A stretch of DNA of 64,000 nt, taken from NCBI GenBank assembly GCA_963728195.1, contig CAVSIX010000007.1, positions 206,139-270,138 on the forward strand, read 5' to 3'. Below, in pieces: positions 28,205 to 37,223 of the stretch. Origin of the DNA: Ilumatobacteraceae bacterium. Its GTDB lineage: Bacteria > Actinomycetota > Acidimicrobiia > Acidimicrobiales > Ilumatobacteraceae. How positions within the stretch are numbered: the first letter of the stretch is position 1; the number at the start of each line of letters is the position of its first letter. The translations under genes were made by a program, and so were the position numbers. Below the pieces are notes generated by a model. It was not told the DNA's origin, ran no database searches, and saw nothing but the letters and a program-made list of their open reading frames with translations.

Positions 28205-30754
28205 TCAGTCCGCTGCAATGGCGTCGAGGATGTCGAGCCGTCCAGCACGCGCAGCTGGCCGCCATGCGGCCACCACGCCGGCCATCGCTGCCAGGCCCAG
28301 TACGACGGCCAGCGAGCCGACGGGCAGCTCGAAGGTGCCGAAGCCCTCCTGCGCTGCCAGCGCCCGCAGCAGGCCCCAGCCGAGGAAGCCGCCGAGACCG
28401 ATCCCGCCGAGCGTGCCGAACACGGCGACGATCACCGATTCCCACCGCACCGTCGAGCGCACGTCTCGACGTGTCTGCCCGATCGCACGCAGCAGACCGA
28501 GTTCCCGGGTGCGCTCGTGGATCGACAGCGACAGCGTGTTCGCGATACCCATCAGTGCGATGACGATCGCCAGGGCCAACATCGCGTAGACGAACAGCAG
28601 CATCTGGTCGACCTCCGAGCCGATGCTGTCGATGTACTCCGAGCGGGTCTGCGGTTCGGGCGCACCGTTGCGTCGGGTGATCGAGGTGACCGCCGCAGCA
28701 CCATCGTCCTCGGAGACGCCGTCGGCCAGGTCGATCAGCACGACCACGTCGCCGAGCTGGTCGGCGTGTGGTGCCCAGTCGGCAGACGTCAGCAGCACGT
28801 CGCCGACGTTCATCGTGTTGCGGTACAGAGCACTCACGATGAGTTCGGATGTTGCGCCGTCGGCGAACTCCGCCGTGATCGTGCTTCCGACCGAGAGGCC
28901 GTGGTCGGTCGCGTAGCGCTCGCCGACCGCGACGTGACCGGTGACGACGTCGTCGATCGACCCGGCGGAGACATCGAGATCCAGGAGCGCATCGAGTGTC
29001 GCCGGGTCTGCGACCGACGGTTCGACCGTCCTGCCGTCGGCGAACATGACCGCGTTGCCGACGCCGGCGACGAGCGAGACCTCGTCGAGGTCCCGGATCT
29101 CGGCCGCAACATCGCGACTGATCCCGGCGCCGCTGAAGTCGTCGGTCACCACGACGAGATCGCCGCCGAAGTCCTGGTCGACGGTCTGCTCGATCGTCGC
29201 CTTGATCGACGCTCCGAACGTGGTGAACAAGGCAACCACCGCGGTGCCGACCATCAGCGCGGATGCGCTCGACGCCGTCCTGTTCGGGTTGCGCATCGCG
29301 TTGCGTCGGGCGAGCCGGCCGGTCTGACCCCGAAGGCTGCGGGGCAGCAGGCCGAGCAACGCTGCGGCGGGCCGGGCGACGATCGGACCGAGCGCGACGG
29401 CGCCGGCGAGGGTGATCAACGCCCCCAGCCCGGCCTGGAGCAGGGCGCGGTCGCCCGACGTCGCCGTGACCGTGGTGGCCACACCGATCGCAGTGACGAC
29501 AATGCCGGCGGCCACGCGGCGTCGGGTGACGTCGGTGGCGTCGACGGCGGCGTCTCGCAGCGCGGCCAACGGGGCGACACGCGACGCCCGTACGGCCGGG
29601 AAGATGCTGGCGACCAGCGTGGCGCCCACGCCGACGACCATCGCCACGACGGCGGTCGAGCTGGTCACGACGACACCGTCGAATCCGAGGTCGAGTCCGT
29701 TCGCATCCATCAACGTCTTCAGCCCGACGGCGAGGAGGTAGCCGGCGGCGAGGCCGATCGCGGAGGCGATCGCACCGATCATCAGAGCTTCGACGACCAC
29801 GGACGTCAGCACCTGTCGGCGTGACGCCCCGAGCGCCCTGAGCAGCGCCGACTCACGGCTGCGCTGGGCGATCAGGATCGAGAACGTGTTGTTGATGCTG
29901 AACGCCGCCACGACGAGCGCGACCACCGAAAACGCGAGCAGGATGGTCCGGAACATTCCGAGGAAGTCGCCTTGGATGTCGGCGAGCATCTCGGCGGTCA
30001 ACTCGGTGCCGGTGATCGACTCGATGCCCGAAGGAAGGGCCGCGTCGATGCGATCACGGAGTTCCGACTGGCTGACGCCGTCGGCCGCTGCGACCCGAAC
30101 CGCCGTGATGTCACCGGGTCGGGCGACCAGCTCGGTGGCGACGCCATCGGTGAATGCCACGAACGTGGTCGGGCCGAGGCTGTCCGCCCCACCGAACGTC
30201 GCCAGCCCGACGACGACCACGTCGACCGGCTCCGGCGCCAGGACGACGGTGCGATCGCCGATGCCGAGCTGTCCGATGTCGGCAGACGCCTGGTCGACGA
30301 CGACTTCGACAGGCTCGCCGGTGACGACGTCGCGTGGGGCGCGACCCGACCCCAGCGCCCAGGGGTTCAGCTCGGAGTCGCCGAGCCAGTTGGTGGCGAC
30401 GGTCGGCGGACCGTTCCCGCCGATCGGATCTCCGTCGGCGCCGACCAGTCGTCCTGATCCCTCGACGACCGCAGCGACGGACGAGACGCCCTCGGTCGCC
30501 GCGACGACGTCGGACACCGTCCGGTCGATGGTTCCACGGGTTGCGATGTCGCCACGACCGATCTGATCGGCGTCGCGGACGACGACGTCAGTCCCCGAGT
30601 TGGCGTCGGCGAAGAGGCGGTCGAACCCTGCGGTCATCGTGTCGCCGGTGATGAGCGCCGCAGCGAGAAATGCGACGCCGAGCACCACCGCCATGGTGGT
30701 GCCGACGAGCCGGCGTTTGTGTCTCGCGATTCCCTTCCAGGTGGTGCGCCACAT
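28205..30754 (-). CDS. ABC transporter permease with two FtsX domains (MacB/FtsX-like)
   Basis: About 850 aa starting MWRTTWKGIARHKRRLVGT, with two FtsX-type 4-TM blocks and large extracytoplasmic loops. Start taken at the in-frame ATG next to the ATPase stop. Confidence 0.88.
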   Translation of the reverse strand: MWRTTWKGIARHKRRLVGTTMAVVLGVAFLAAALITGDTMTAGFDRLFADANSGTDVVVRDADQIGRGDIATRGTIDRTVSDVVAATEGVSSVAAVVEGSGRLVGADGDPIGGNGPPTVATNWLGDSELNPWALGSGRAPRDVVTGEPVEVVVDQASADIGQLGIGDRTVVLAPEPVDVVVVGLATFGGADSLGPTTFVAFTDGVATELVARPGDITAVRVAAADGVSQSELRDRIDAALPSGIESITGTELTAEMLADIQGDFLGMFRTILLAFSVVALVVAAFSINNTFSILIAQRSRESALLRALGASRRQVLTSVVVEALMIGAIASAIGLAAGYLLAVGLKTLMDANGLDLGFDGVVVTSSTAVVAMVVGVGATLVASIFPAVRASRVAPLAALRDAAVDATDVTRRRVAAGIVVTAIGVATTVTATSGDRALLQAGLGALITLAGAVALGPIVARPAAALLGLLPRSLRGQTGRLARRNAMRNPNRTASSASALMVGTAVVALFTTFGASIKATIEQTVDQDFGGDLVVVTDDFSGAGISRDVAAEIRDLDEVSLVAGVGNAVMFADGRTVEPSVADPATLDALLDLDVSAGSIDDVVTGHVAVGERYATDHGLSVGSTITAEFADGATSELIVSALYRNTMNVGDVLLTSADWAPHADQLGDVVVLIDLADGVSEDDGAAAVTSITRRNGAPEPQTRSEYIDSIGSEVDQMLLFVYAMLALAIVIALMGIANTLSLSIHERTRELGLLRAIGQTRRDVRSTVRWESVIVAVFGTLGGIGLGGFLGWGLLRALAAQEGFGTFELPVGSLAVVLGLAAMAGVVAAWRPAARAGRLDILDAIAAD

Positions 30755-30755
30755 G

Positions 30756-31532
30756 TCAGGCCCCGAACGCCTTGATGCGGTCGAGCACCTGGCCCGCACT
30801 CGGTGCCGCCATCGAGTCGACGATGCGGCCGTCGGCGAGGAACAGCACCCGGTCGGCGTAGGCCGCCGCAACCGGGTCGTGGGTGACCATCACGACGGTC
30901 TGGGCGTACCGATCCACGGCGAAGCGCATGAACCCGAGGATCTCGGCGCCCGTGCGGCTGTCGAGATTGCCGGTCGGCTCGTCGGCGAAGATCAACTCCG
31001 GCTTGTTGGCGAGCGCTCGAGCGACGGCCACACGTTGCTGCTGTCCGCCGGACAGCTCGCTCGGTCGGTGGCCGAGACGGCCCGAGAGCCCGACGGTGTC
31101 GATCACCGTGCGGAGCCACTCCTTGTCCGGCCTGGTCCCGGCGAGGTCCATCGGCAGCGTGATGTTCTCCTCGGCGGTCAGCATCGGCAGCAGGTTGAAC
31201 GCCTGGAACACGAATCCGATGCGCTCGCGTCGCAGACGGGTGAGCTGGGCGTCCGAGAGCGAGCCGAGTTCGACGTCTCCGATGTGAACGCTGCCCGACG
31301 TCAAGGTGTCCAGGCCCGCAAGGCAGTGCATCAGCGTGCTCTTGCCGGAACCCGAGGGTCCCATGACGGCGGTGAACTGCCCGGCGACGATCGAGACGTC
31401 GACACCCGCAAGTGCCGTCACCTCGGTCCCACCGCGTCCGTAGGTCTTGACGGCGGCGGTGGTTCTGGCAGCGACGGCTTGAGCCGCGGAGTGGGTGGCG
31501 CCCTGGGGAGGCGCGAGCGTGGTGGTGTGCAT
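30756..31532 (-). CDS. ABC transporter ATP-binding protein (MacB/LolD-like)
   Basis: [24 protein letters not shown] and [11 protein letters not shown]. Start set at ATG (MHTTTLAPP); the track begins at TTG 31628. Confidence 0.92.
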   Translation of the reverse strand: MHTTTLAPPQGATHSAAQAVAARTTAAVKTYGRGGTEVTALAGVDVSIVAGQFTAVMGPSGSGKSTLMHCLAGLDTLTSGSVHIGDVELGSLSDAQLTRLRRERIGFVFQAFNLLPMLTAEENITLPMDLAGTRPDKEWLRTVIDTVGLSGRLGHRPSELSGGQQQRVAVARALANKPELIFADEPTGNLDSRTGAEILGFMRFAVDRYAQTVVMVTHDPVAAAYADRVLFLADGRIVDSMAAPSAGQVLDRIKAFGA

Positions 31533-31680
31533 GCCTCCATGGTGAACCCCCGACGGCTGGGGTTCGATGGGGCGCACCGGTGTCTTGCCGGTAGGGCGTA
31601 CCCCACCCGAAGCCCGCTCCGATCGCAATCAGGGGCCAGAATGAATTCGTGGCCAACAGGGACCCGGCCGAGGAGCTGAC

Positions 31681-32898
31681 GTGATCGACATCGGAGGACA
31701 GTCGATACCGGCGGTGCTGCTCGTGCTGGGCGCACTCGCTCTCGTGGCGATGGTCGTCGTGCTCGTCGATCTGTACCGCCATGACGTCGAGCACCTTCCG
31801 AAGTGGGCGTGGGCACTGCTGATCGTGCTCGGCAACTTTCCACTCGGAGCGATCGCCTACTTCGTCGTCGGTCGACGAGCGAACGGCGAGGGGGAAACCG
31901 ACCTGGACGGCCTTGCCGGGGATCGACAGCGTCACGACCGAGCGAGCGCCACCACACCACTGCCGACGATCGACGACGATCCCGGTGCCCGACCGCAGCG
32001 ACGACCGGTCGACACCGGCGACATCGTGGTGGCGACGCGGGCGCTGACCAAGCGGTACGGCACGACGGCGGCGCTCGACGACGTCGAACTCGCCGTTCCT
32101 CGCGGGGTCACCTATGGACTGATCGGCCCGAACGGCGCCGGCAAGACCACGTTGCTGTCGATCCTCGCCGGTCTGCGACGGCCGACCGAGGGCAGCGTGG
32201 AGATCGCCGTGCCACGCACCTCGATGGGGGTGCTGGTCGACACCCCGCAGTTCGAGCCGTGGCTCACCGCCTGGGAGGCGGTCGACCTCGCCCGGCACCT
32301 GACTGCGCCGGCGTCGTCGAGCTCGCGCGTCGACGAGGTCCTGGTCGAAGTGGGCCTCCAGCAGGCGATCGATCGACGGGTCGGCGGCTTCTCCCGTGGG
32401 ATGCTCCAGCGCCTCGGCCTCGCCGGATGCCTCGTGGGCGATCCCGAGATCCTGCTGCTCGACGAGCCGTCGTCCGCGTTGGATCCGGCGGGACGGCGTG
32501 AAGTGCTCGACCTGGTCGGGCGCCTGGCGCACACCAAGACGGTGATCCTGTCGACCCACATCCTCTCCGACGTCCAGCAGGTCGCCGACGTCGTCGGGGT
32601 GATCGACCGGGGGCGCCTGCAGTTCCAGGGACCGCTGACCGAGCTGCTGGCGCGCACGAGCGCGACATACAGCATCCACGTTCGGCCGCCCGCCGAGGCG
32701 ATCCTCGAACACCTCCGCCGTTGCGCCTGGACCGTCGAGGTCACCGAACATGCGCCCGGCAGGATCCATCTCGTCGTCTCCGATCCGGCGGCGGCCGAGC
32801 GGCAGGTGGCCGCCATCCTCGCGGAGCACGACGCTCGCCTCGTCTCGTTCAATCCGGCCACCGACCTGGAAACCGCATTCCTGGAGCTCACGTCATGA
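31681..32898 (+). CDS. ABC transporter ATP-binding protein with N-terminal PLDc_N-like two-TM domain
   Basis: The N-terminal about 65 aa (LPKWAWALLIVLGNFPLGAIAYFVVGRR) resemble the PLD-nuclease N-terminal membrane domain. This is followed by GPNGAGKTT, FSRGMLQRLGLA and LLLDEPSSALD. Confidence 0.8.
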   Translation: MIDIGGQSIPAVLLVLGALALVAMVVVLVDLYRHDVEHLPKWAWALLIVLGNFPLGAIAYFVVGRRANGEGETDLDGLAGDRQRHDRASATTPLPTIDDDPGARPQRRPVDTGDIVVATRALTKRYGTTAALDDVELAVPRGVTYGLIGPNGAGKTTLLSILAGLRRPTEGSVEIAVPRTSMGVLVDTPQFEPWLTAWEAVDLARHLTAPASSSSRVDEVLVEVGLQQAIDRRVGGFSRGMLQRLGLAGCLVGDPEILLLDEPSSALDPAGRREVLDLVGRLAHTKTVILSTHILSDVQQVADVVGVIDRGRLQFQGPLTELLARTSATYSIHVRPPAEAILEHLRRCAWTVEVTEHAPGRIHLVVSDPAAAERQVAAILAEHDARLVSFNPATDLETAFLELTS

Positions 32899-33680
32899 CC
32901 TCGGTGACCGACACTGCTCCCCGCCGCCGCCCGATGAGCCTGTGGCGTCTGGAGTGGCTGCGGCTGGTACGGACACACCGCTGGATGATCCTGTTCGGCG
33001 TCTACACGGCGCTCGCAGTGCTGAGCGCGCTCACGGCCCGGTACTTCAACGAGATCATGGAGCGCTTCGGCGAGGCCGTCGAGTTCACCGCGACCGAGCC
33101 ACAGCCCGTCGATGCGATCATCCAGTTCGTCAGCAACACGAGCCAGATCGGCGTGCTCGCCGTGGTCGTTGTCGCCGCATCGTCGCTGACGATCGACGCC
33201 AAACCGGAACAGGCGGCGTTCCTGCGCACGAAGGTCACCAGACCGGCCCACCTCCTCGTCGCTCCGTACACGGTGAACGTCGCCGCTGCGAGCGCAGCCA
33301 TGATCGCCGGCACCGTCGTCGTTGCGCTGCTGACCGAGGCGCTCATCGGTCCGCTCCCGCTGTGGCGACTGGTGGTGGGCACCGTGCTCGGGGCGTGCTA
33401 CCTCCCCTTCGCGATCGCGGTGGTCGCAGCGGTCGCCGGGTTCACGCATGGACAAGCGACGACGGTGTTCGGCGCCCTGGGTGTGCTGCTCGCCCTGCCG
33501 ATCATCGGGCTGTTCGAACCGATCAGGCAGTGGCTGCCGAGCGAGCTCGTCGGGGGCCTGGCGGCGATGGTCGACGGCGGATCCATCGGCGACTTCGCAG
33601 CGTCACTGCTCGTCACCGCCGTTGCGACGATCACGCTCCTCGCCGTCGCGGCGCGTCGATTCGACCGTCGCGAGCTCTGA
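32895..33680 (+). CDS. ABC-2 like transporter permease
   Basis: ATGA start/stop overlap with the preceding ATPase gene. About 6 hydrophobic helices, 261 aa. Confidence 0.7.
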   Translation: MTSVTDTAPRRRPMSLWRLEWLRLVRTHRWMILFGVYTALAVLSALTARYFNEIMERFGEAVEFTATEPQPVDAIIQFVSNTSQIGVLAVVVVAASSLTIDAKPEQAAFLRTKVTRPAHLLVAPYTVNVAAASAAMIAGTVVVALLTEALIGPLPLWRLVVGTVLGACYLPFAIAVVAAVAGFTHGQATTVFGALGVLLALPIIGLFEPIRQWLPSELVGGLAAMVDGGSIGDFAASLLVTAVATITLLAVAARRFDRREL

Positions 33681-33681
33681 C

Positions 33682-34386
33682 ATGGCCGTCGAAGCCGGAA
33701 CCGAGGTTCCGGTTCAACCGTCCTCGCAGGCCCTGGCGATCGGATGGCTCGGCGCCGCAGCGGTGGCCGCCGTCGCCGTACCGCTCCTGATCGGTGCCAG
33801 CCTGCCCGTGCTCACACTGGTCTGGCTCGCGATCGGCGCTCTCGTCCTGCGGCGCACGGGGACACCGGCGGCGTTGGGACTGGTCCGGGTACCGGGCCGT
33901 GAGTTCGCACGGGTGACCGTCGCGGCGACCGTTGCGATGACCGTGCTGTTCGGGATCGCCGAGGCGATGACCCACCCGTACCGTGAACTCCTCGACCTGA
34001 TCAGCGACGAGTCGTCGCCGGACAGCACGTTCGCTTGGGTGGTCGAACACGGTCGTGGGTGGGGTCTCGTCGGCTTCGCCGTCTACGGCGCGTTCGTGAC
34101 GATCTTCGCCGAGGAGATCGTCTTCCGAGGCGCCTTGATGAACCGGCTGCGACGGCGTGGCGCCCGGGTCGCCGTCGCCGGCACGACGGTGGCGTTCGCG
34201 GCGATACAGGCATTGCCGTCAGCGCTGCTGTCGCTCCCTGCGGCGATGGGATTCCTGCTGATCGACGCCGTACTCGCGGTCGGCGTCGTCGGCGGTGTGG
34301 CGGCCTACCGAACCCGGTCGATCCACCCCGGTCTCGTCGCCGTCACCGTGGCCAACGTCGCCGTGCTCGCCGCCGTCGCCCACTGA
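33682..34386 (+). CDS. CPBP family intramembrane glutamic endopeptidase (Abi/CAAX-protease-like)
   Basis: Multi-TM protein with the CPBP motif EEIVFRG. It starts 1 nt after the permease stop. Confidence 0.8.
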   Translation: MAVEAGTEVPVQPSSQALAIGWLGAAAVAAVAVPLLIGASLPVLTLVWLAIGALVLRRTGTPAALGLVRVPGREFARVTVAATVAMTVLFGIAEAMTHPYRELLDLISDESSPDSTFAWVVEHGRGWGLVGFAVYGAFVTIFAEEIVFRGALMNRLRRRGARVAVAGTTVAFAAIQALPSALLSLPAAMGFLLIDAVLAVGVVGGVAAYRTRSIHPGLVAVTVANVAVLAAVAH

Positions 34387-34423
34387 TGAGCCAAATGCCG
34401 GTATCCGGTCGGTTCGCTCATCG
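34385..34423. repeat. hairpin repeat, family B, copy 3
   Basis: GATGAGCCAAATGCCGGTATCCGGTCGGTTCGCTCATCG. It begins at the CPBP stop codon. Confidence 0.8.
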
Positions 34424-34445
34424 GTACGGCGAACACAGCCGCTGC

Positions 34446-34484
34446 GATGAGCCAAACGCCGGTATCCGGTCGGTTCGCTCATCG
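34446..34484. repeat. hairpin repeat, family B, copy 4 (tandem, 61-bp period)
   Basis: GATGAGCCAAACGCCGGTATCCGGTCGGTTCGCTCATCG, placed 61 bp after copy 3. Confidence 0.8.
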
Positions 34485-34507
34485 GTGGGTTGGGTGGTGG
34501 TGTGCGG

Positions 34508-36298
34508 TCAGCCGGTCTGGAGTTCGGCGAGCTCGAGCCAGCGGGATTCCAGCTCGTCGAGTTCGGCCTGGGCGTCTGCGAGTTGCGAACCGAGTGCGTG
34601 CAGTTCGGTGTGGTCGATCGCCCCACCGAGGCGTTCGGTGAGTTGGTCCACCCGCTTCTGGGCCTTGACCATCGCCTGCTCGGTCTCGCGTAGCTGACGC
34701 CCGAGCGTGTACTGGCTCGGTCCGCTGTTCGCCTTCGCCACCGGGGCCGACTTCGTGGTGGCCTTGCCCGACGCCGTGGGCGCGGACGTGGGGCCGTTCG
34801 ATCGCTCCGCGAGCCATCCTGCGACTCCGCCCGGGACGCGCCGGACCGTGCCGCCCGGATCGATCGCCAGTACGTGGTCGGCAACGCGGTCGAGGAACGC
34901 TCGGTCGTGGCTGGCGACGACCAGTGCACCGGGCCAGTCGTCGAGGAAGGCCTCCAGCGACCGCAGCGTGTCGAGATCGAGGTCGTTGGTCGGTTCGTCC
35001 AGGATCAGCAGGTTCGGTTCGGTGGCGAGCACCATCACGAGCTGCAACCGGCGCCGTTCGCCGCCAGACAGCATGCGCACCGGTGCGTACTGCGCGGTCG
35101 TGTCGAACCAGAACCGCTCGAGCAACGCACGGTCGCGGAAATCCGGTTCACGGTGGGGACCGGCGACCAGCTTGCGCACGACTGCATCAGGGTCGAGGTC
35201 CGACGAGTGCTGGTCGGCGAAGCCGACGACGACGGTCTTGCCCCGCTTCACCGTGCCAGCGGCCGGCTCGGTACGACCGGCGATGATGTCGAGCAGCGTC
35301 GACTTGCCGGACCCGTTCGGACCGACGACGGCGAGACGCGCGCCCGGTTCGATCAGGAGGTCGACGTGCTCGAACACGGTCAGCTCGTCGTCGGTACCGG
35401 CGTTGAAGCGCTGGGCGACTTCCTCGAGCTCGACGACCTGATTGCCGAGACGAGCGGTTCCCGCGCCGAGCTGCAGGTCACCGCCTCGCACGCCCGCGGG
35501 CGCAGGACCGCCGGACACGATCTCGTTCGCCGACCGCAGCCGCGCCTTCGGCTTGGTCGATCGGGCGGGCGCACCCCGCCGCAGCCAGGCGAGCTCCTTG
35601 CGGGCGAGGATCTTGCGGGTCGACTCCTCGTGCGCCTCTCGGTCGATGCGTTCGGCACGGGCATCGAGATACGTGGCATACGCACTGGAGCCCGCCGCCG
35701 CCTGATGGACGAAGCTGCGGCCACCGTCGAGTTCGACCACCTTGCTCGGACCGACGTCGGTGGTCAGCCGATCGAGGGCGTGGCGATCGTGGGTGACCAG
35801 CACGAGCGCCGACTTCATCTTCACCAGCCGGGACTCGAGCCATTCGATCGCCTCGAGGTCGAGATGGTTGGTGGGCTCGTCGAGCACGACCATGTCGTGG
35901 TCGCCGTGCTCGTCGTCGGCGAGCACCTTGGCGAGCGCAACGCGCTTCGCCTGGCCGCCGGACAGTTCGTCGGTGCTCCGATCGAACAGCGGCTGAACAC
36001 CGAGTTTCGTCGCGACCGCAGCGACCTCCCAGGAGTCGCCGAGGAACTCGCGCACCGTGCCCGCCGGGAGCACCGGGTCCTGTTCGAGCGAAGCGATCCG
36101 CACGCCGCGGCCGAAGCGGACGTCGCCGTCGTCGGGCTGCAGGACCCCGGTCATGATCTCGAGCAGGGTCGTCTTGCCCGAGCCATTGACGCCGACGACC
36201 GCCACCCGGTCGCCCGTCGACACCGTGACCGCGAGATCGGCGAACAGCACCTTGTCGGGCTGGGCGAGCGCCACGCCTGCGAGGTCGACACAGATCAC
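34508..36298 (-). CDS. ABC-F family ATPase (Uup/EttA-like translation factor type)
   Basis: Two ABC cassettes without TM domains (GVNGSGKTT / LSGGQAKRV and GPNGSGKST / LSGGERRRL) and a C-terminal coiled coil. Confidence 0.9.
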   Translation of the reverse strand: MICVDLAGVALAQPDKVLFADLAVTVSTGDRVAVVGVNGSGKTTLLEIMTGVLQPDDGDVRFGRGVRIASLEQDPVLPAGTVREFLGDSWEVAAVATKLGVQPLFDRSTDELSGGQAKRVALAKVLADDEHGDHDMVVLDEPTNHLDLEAIEWLESRLVKMKSALVLVTHDRHALDRLTTDVGPSKVVELDGGRSFVHQAAAGSSAYATYLDARAERIDREAHEESTRKILARKELAWLRRGAPARSTKPKARLRSANEIVSGGPAPAGVRGGDLQLGAGTARLGNQVVELEEVAQRFNAGTDDELTVFEHVDLLIEPGARLAVVGPNGSGKSTLLDIIAGRTEPAAGTVKRGKTVVVGFADQHSSDLDPDAVVRKLVAGPHREPDFRDRALLERFWFDTTAQYAPVRMLSGGERRRLQLVMVLATEPNLLILDEPTNDLDLDTLRSLEAFLDDWPGALVVASHDRAFLDRVADHVLAIDPGGTVRRVPGGVAGWLAERSNGPTSAPTASGKATTKSAPVAKANSGPSQYTLGRQLRETEQAMVKAQKRVDQLTERLGGAIDHTELHALGSQLADAQAELDELESRWLELAELQTG

Positions 36299-36312
36299 GA
36301 CAACGACGCTAC

Positions 36313-36349
36313 GGCGTCACGCCTGGGGTCAGACCCCGGGCGTGACGCC
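36313..36349. repeat. 37-nt palindrome, family C, copy 1
   Basis: GGCGTCACGCCTGGGGTC-A-GACCCCGGGCGTGACGCC, between two minus-strand genes. Confidence 0.8.
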
Positions 36350-36371
36350 GGACGCAATCAGGTGGTGGTGT

Positions 36372-37091
36372 TCAGTCGGCCTGCTCGGTGTCGGCCATGT
36401 CACGGTCGGGGCGACCGTTGTCGACCATGTCGGTGATCCTCGCTTCGACGTCGGCGAGCTTCTCGTCGGCCGTCGCTTGGTCGATGCGGCCGTTCTCGAC
36501 GGCGTTGTTCACGCGCTCCTCGACCTCGCCGACCAACTCGTCGACGACATCTTGCGGATCGACGCCCTGCGCAGTGGCGATCTCGGCCAACGTCGCGCCG
36601 TCGTGGAGCTGCTGGTGCAGGTCCTGCGCATCGATGCCGAGCAGGTCGGTCAGTGCCTCCGAGGCGACTCCACGCCCGAACATGCCCGGCCCACCGTGAC
36701 GCCCGCCCGACCCCGGGCCGTCACCGAACTCACCAGGCCCGCCGGGACCGCGTTCGGGGCGGTTCTCGACGAGGTAGGTCGCCACGGCATCGGCCTGTTC
36801 AGGCGTGATCGTGCCGTCGTCGACGAGCGCCTGGAGCGTGTCGCGCAGGTGCGTTCCCATGTCGGCGGGGGCATCGGGCGGGGTCGTCGTGTCACCCTCG
36901 TCGACCTGTTGGACGACGGCGGCGGGCGTCACGGTGACATCGCTCGATGCGGCGCTCGTCAGGCCCGGCACGCCGAACACGAGTCCGGCGGCGGTGCCGG
37001 CGAGCAGTCCCCCGGCGACGCCGATCGTGATGCCGCGGCGCGTGTTCGGCCTGCCCGTCGGGCTCTTGGTGGGGGTGTCCTGGTTGGTCAT
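36372..37091 (-). CDS. hypothetical membrane-anchored/secreted protein with internal helical duplication and Gly/Pro-rich spacer
   Basis: Start at MTNQDTP, TM/signal segment ITIGVAGGLLAGTAAGLVFGV, two similar segments (DGTITPEQADAVATYLVENRP and NGRIDQATADEKLADVEARITDMVDNGRP), and a spacer GPGGPGEFGDGPGSGGRHGGPG. Confidence 0.55.
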   Translation of the reverse strand: MTNQDTPTKSPTGRPNTRRGITIGVAGGLLAGTAAGLVFGVPGLTSAASSDVTVTPAAVVQQVDEGDTTTPPDAPADMGTHLRDTLQALVDDGTITPEQADAVATYLVENRPERGPGGPGEFGDGPGSGGRHGGPGMFGRGVASEALTDLLGIDAQDLHQQLHDGATLAEIATAQGVDPQDVVDELVGEVEERVNNAVENGRIDQATADEKLADVEARITDMVDNGRPDRDMADTEQAD

Positions 37092-37223
37092 GACGGTGGT
37101 TCCCTTCGGTTCGATGGCGTCGGCGAGGTGCCTCGGCGACATTGTGATCATGAACCGACACGGTGAACGTCAGGAGGGAGCAATGTAAGCCCTCGGTGAG
37201 ACGTGGAGCACCGTGCCGATCGC

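Noticed and set aside
27311-29824. 837-aa plus-strand ORF in the track.
   Set aside because: It lies antisense to the HisKA_3 kinase and the FtsX permease genes. Its composition is dominated by Arg/Gly/Asp/His runs, with no motifs. This is a typical high-GC shadow ORF.
30634-32829. 731-aa minus-strand ORF in the track.
   Set aside because: It overlaps two well-supported ABC ATPase genes in other frames or on the other strand. Its composition is Arg/Pro/Gly-rich and it has no recognisable domain.
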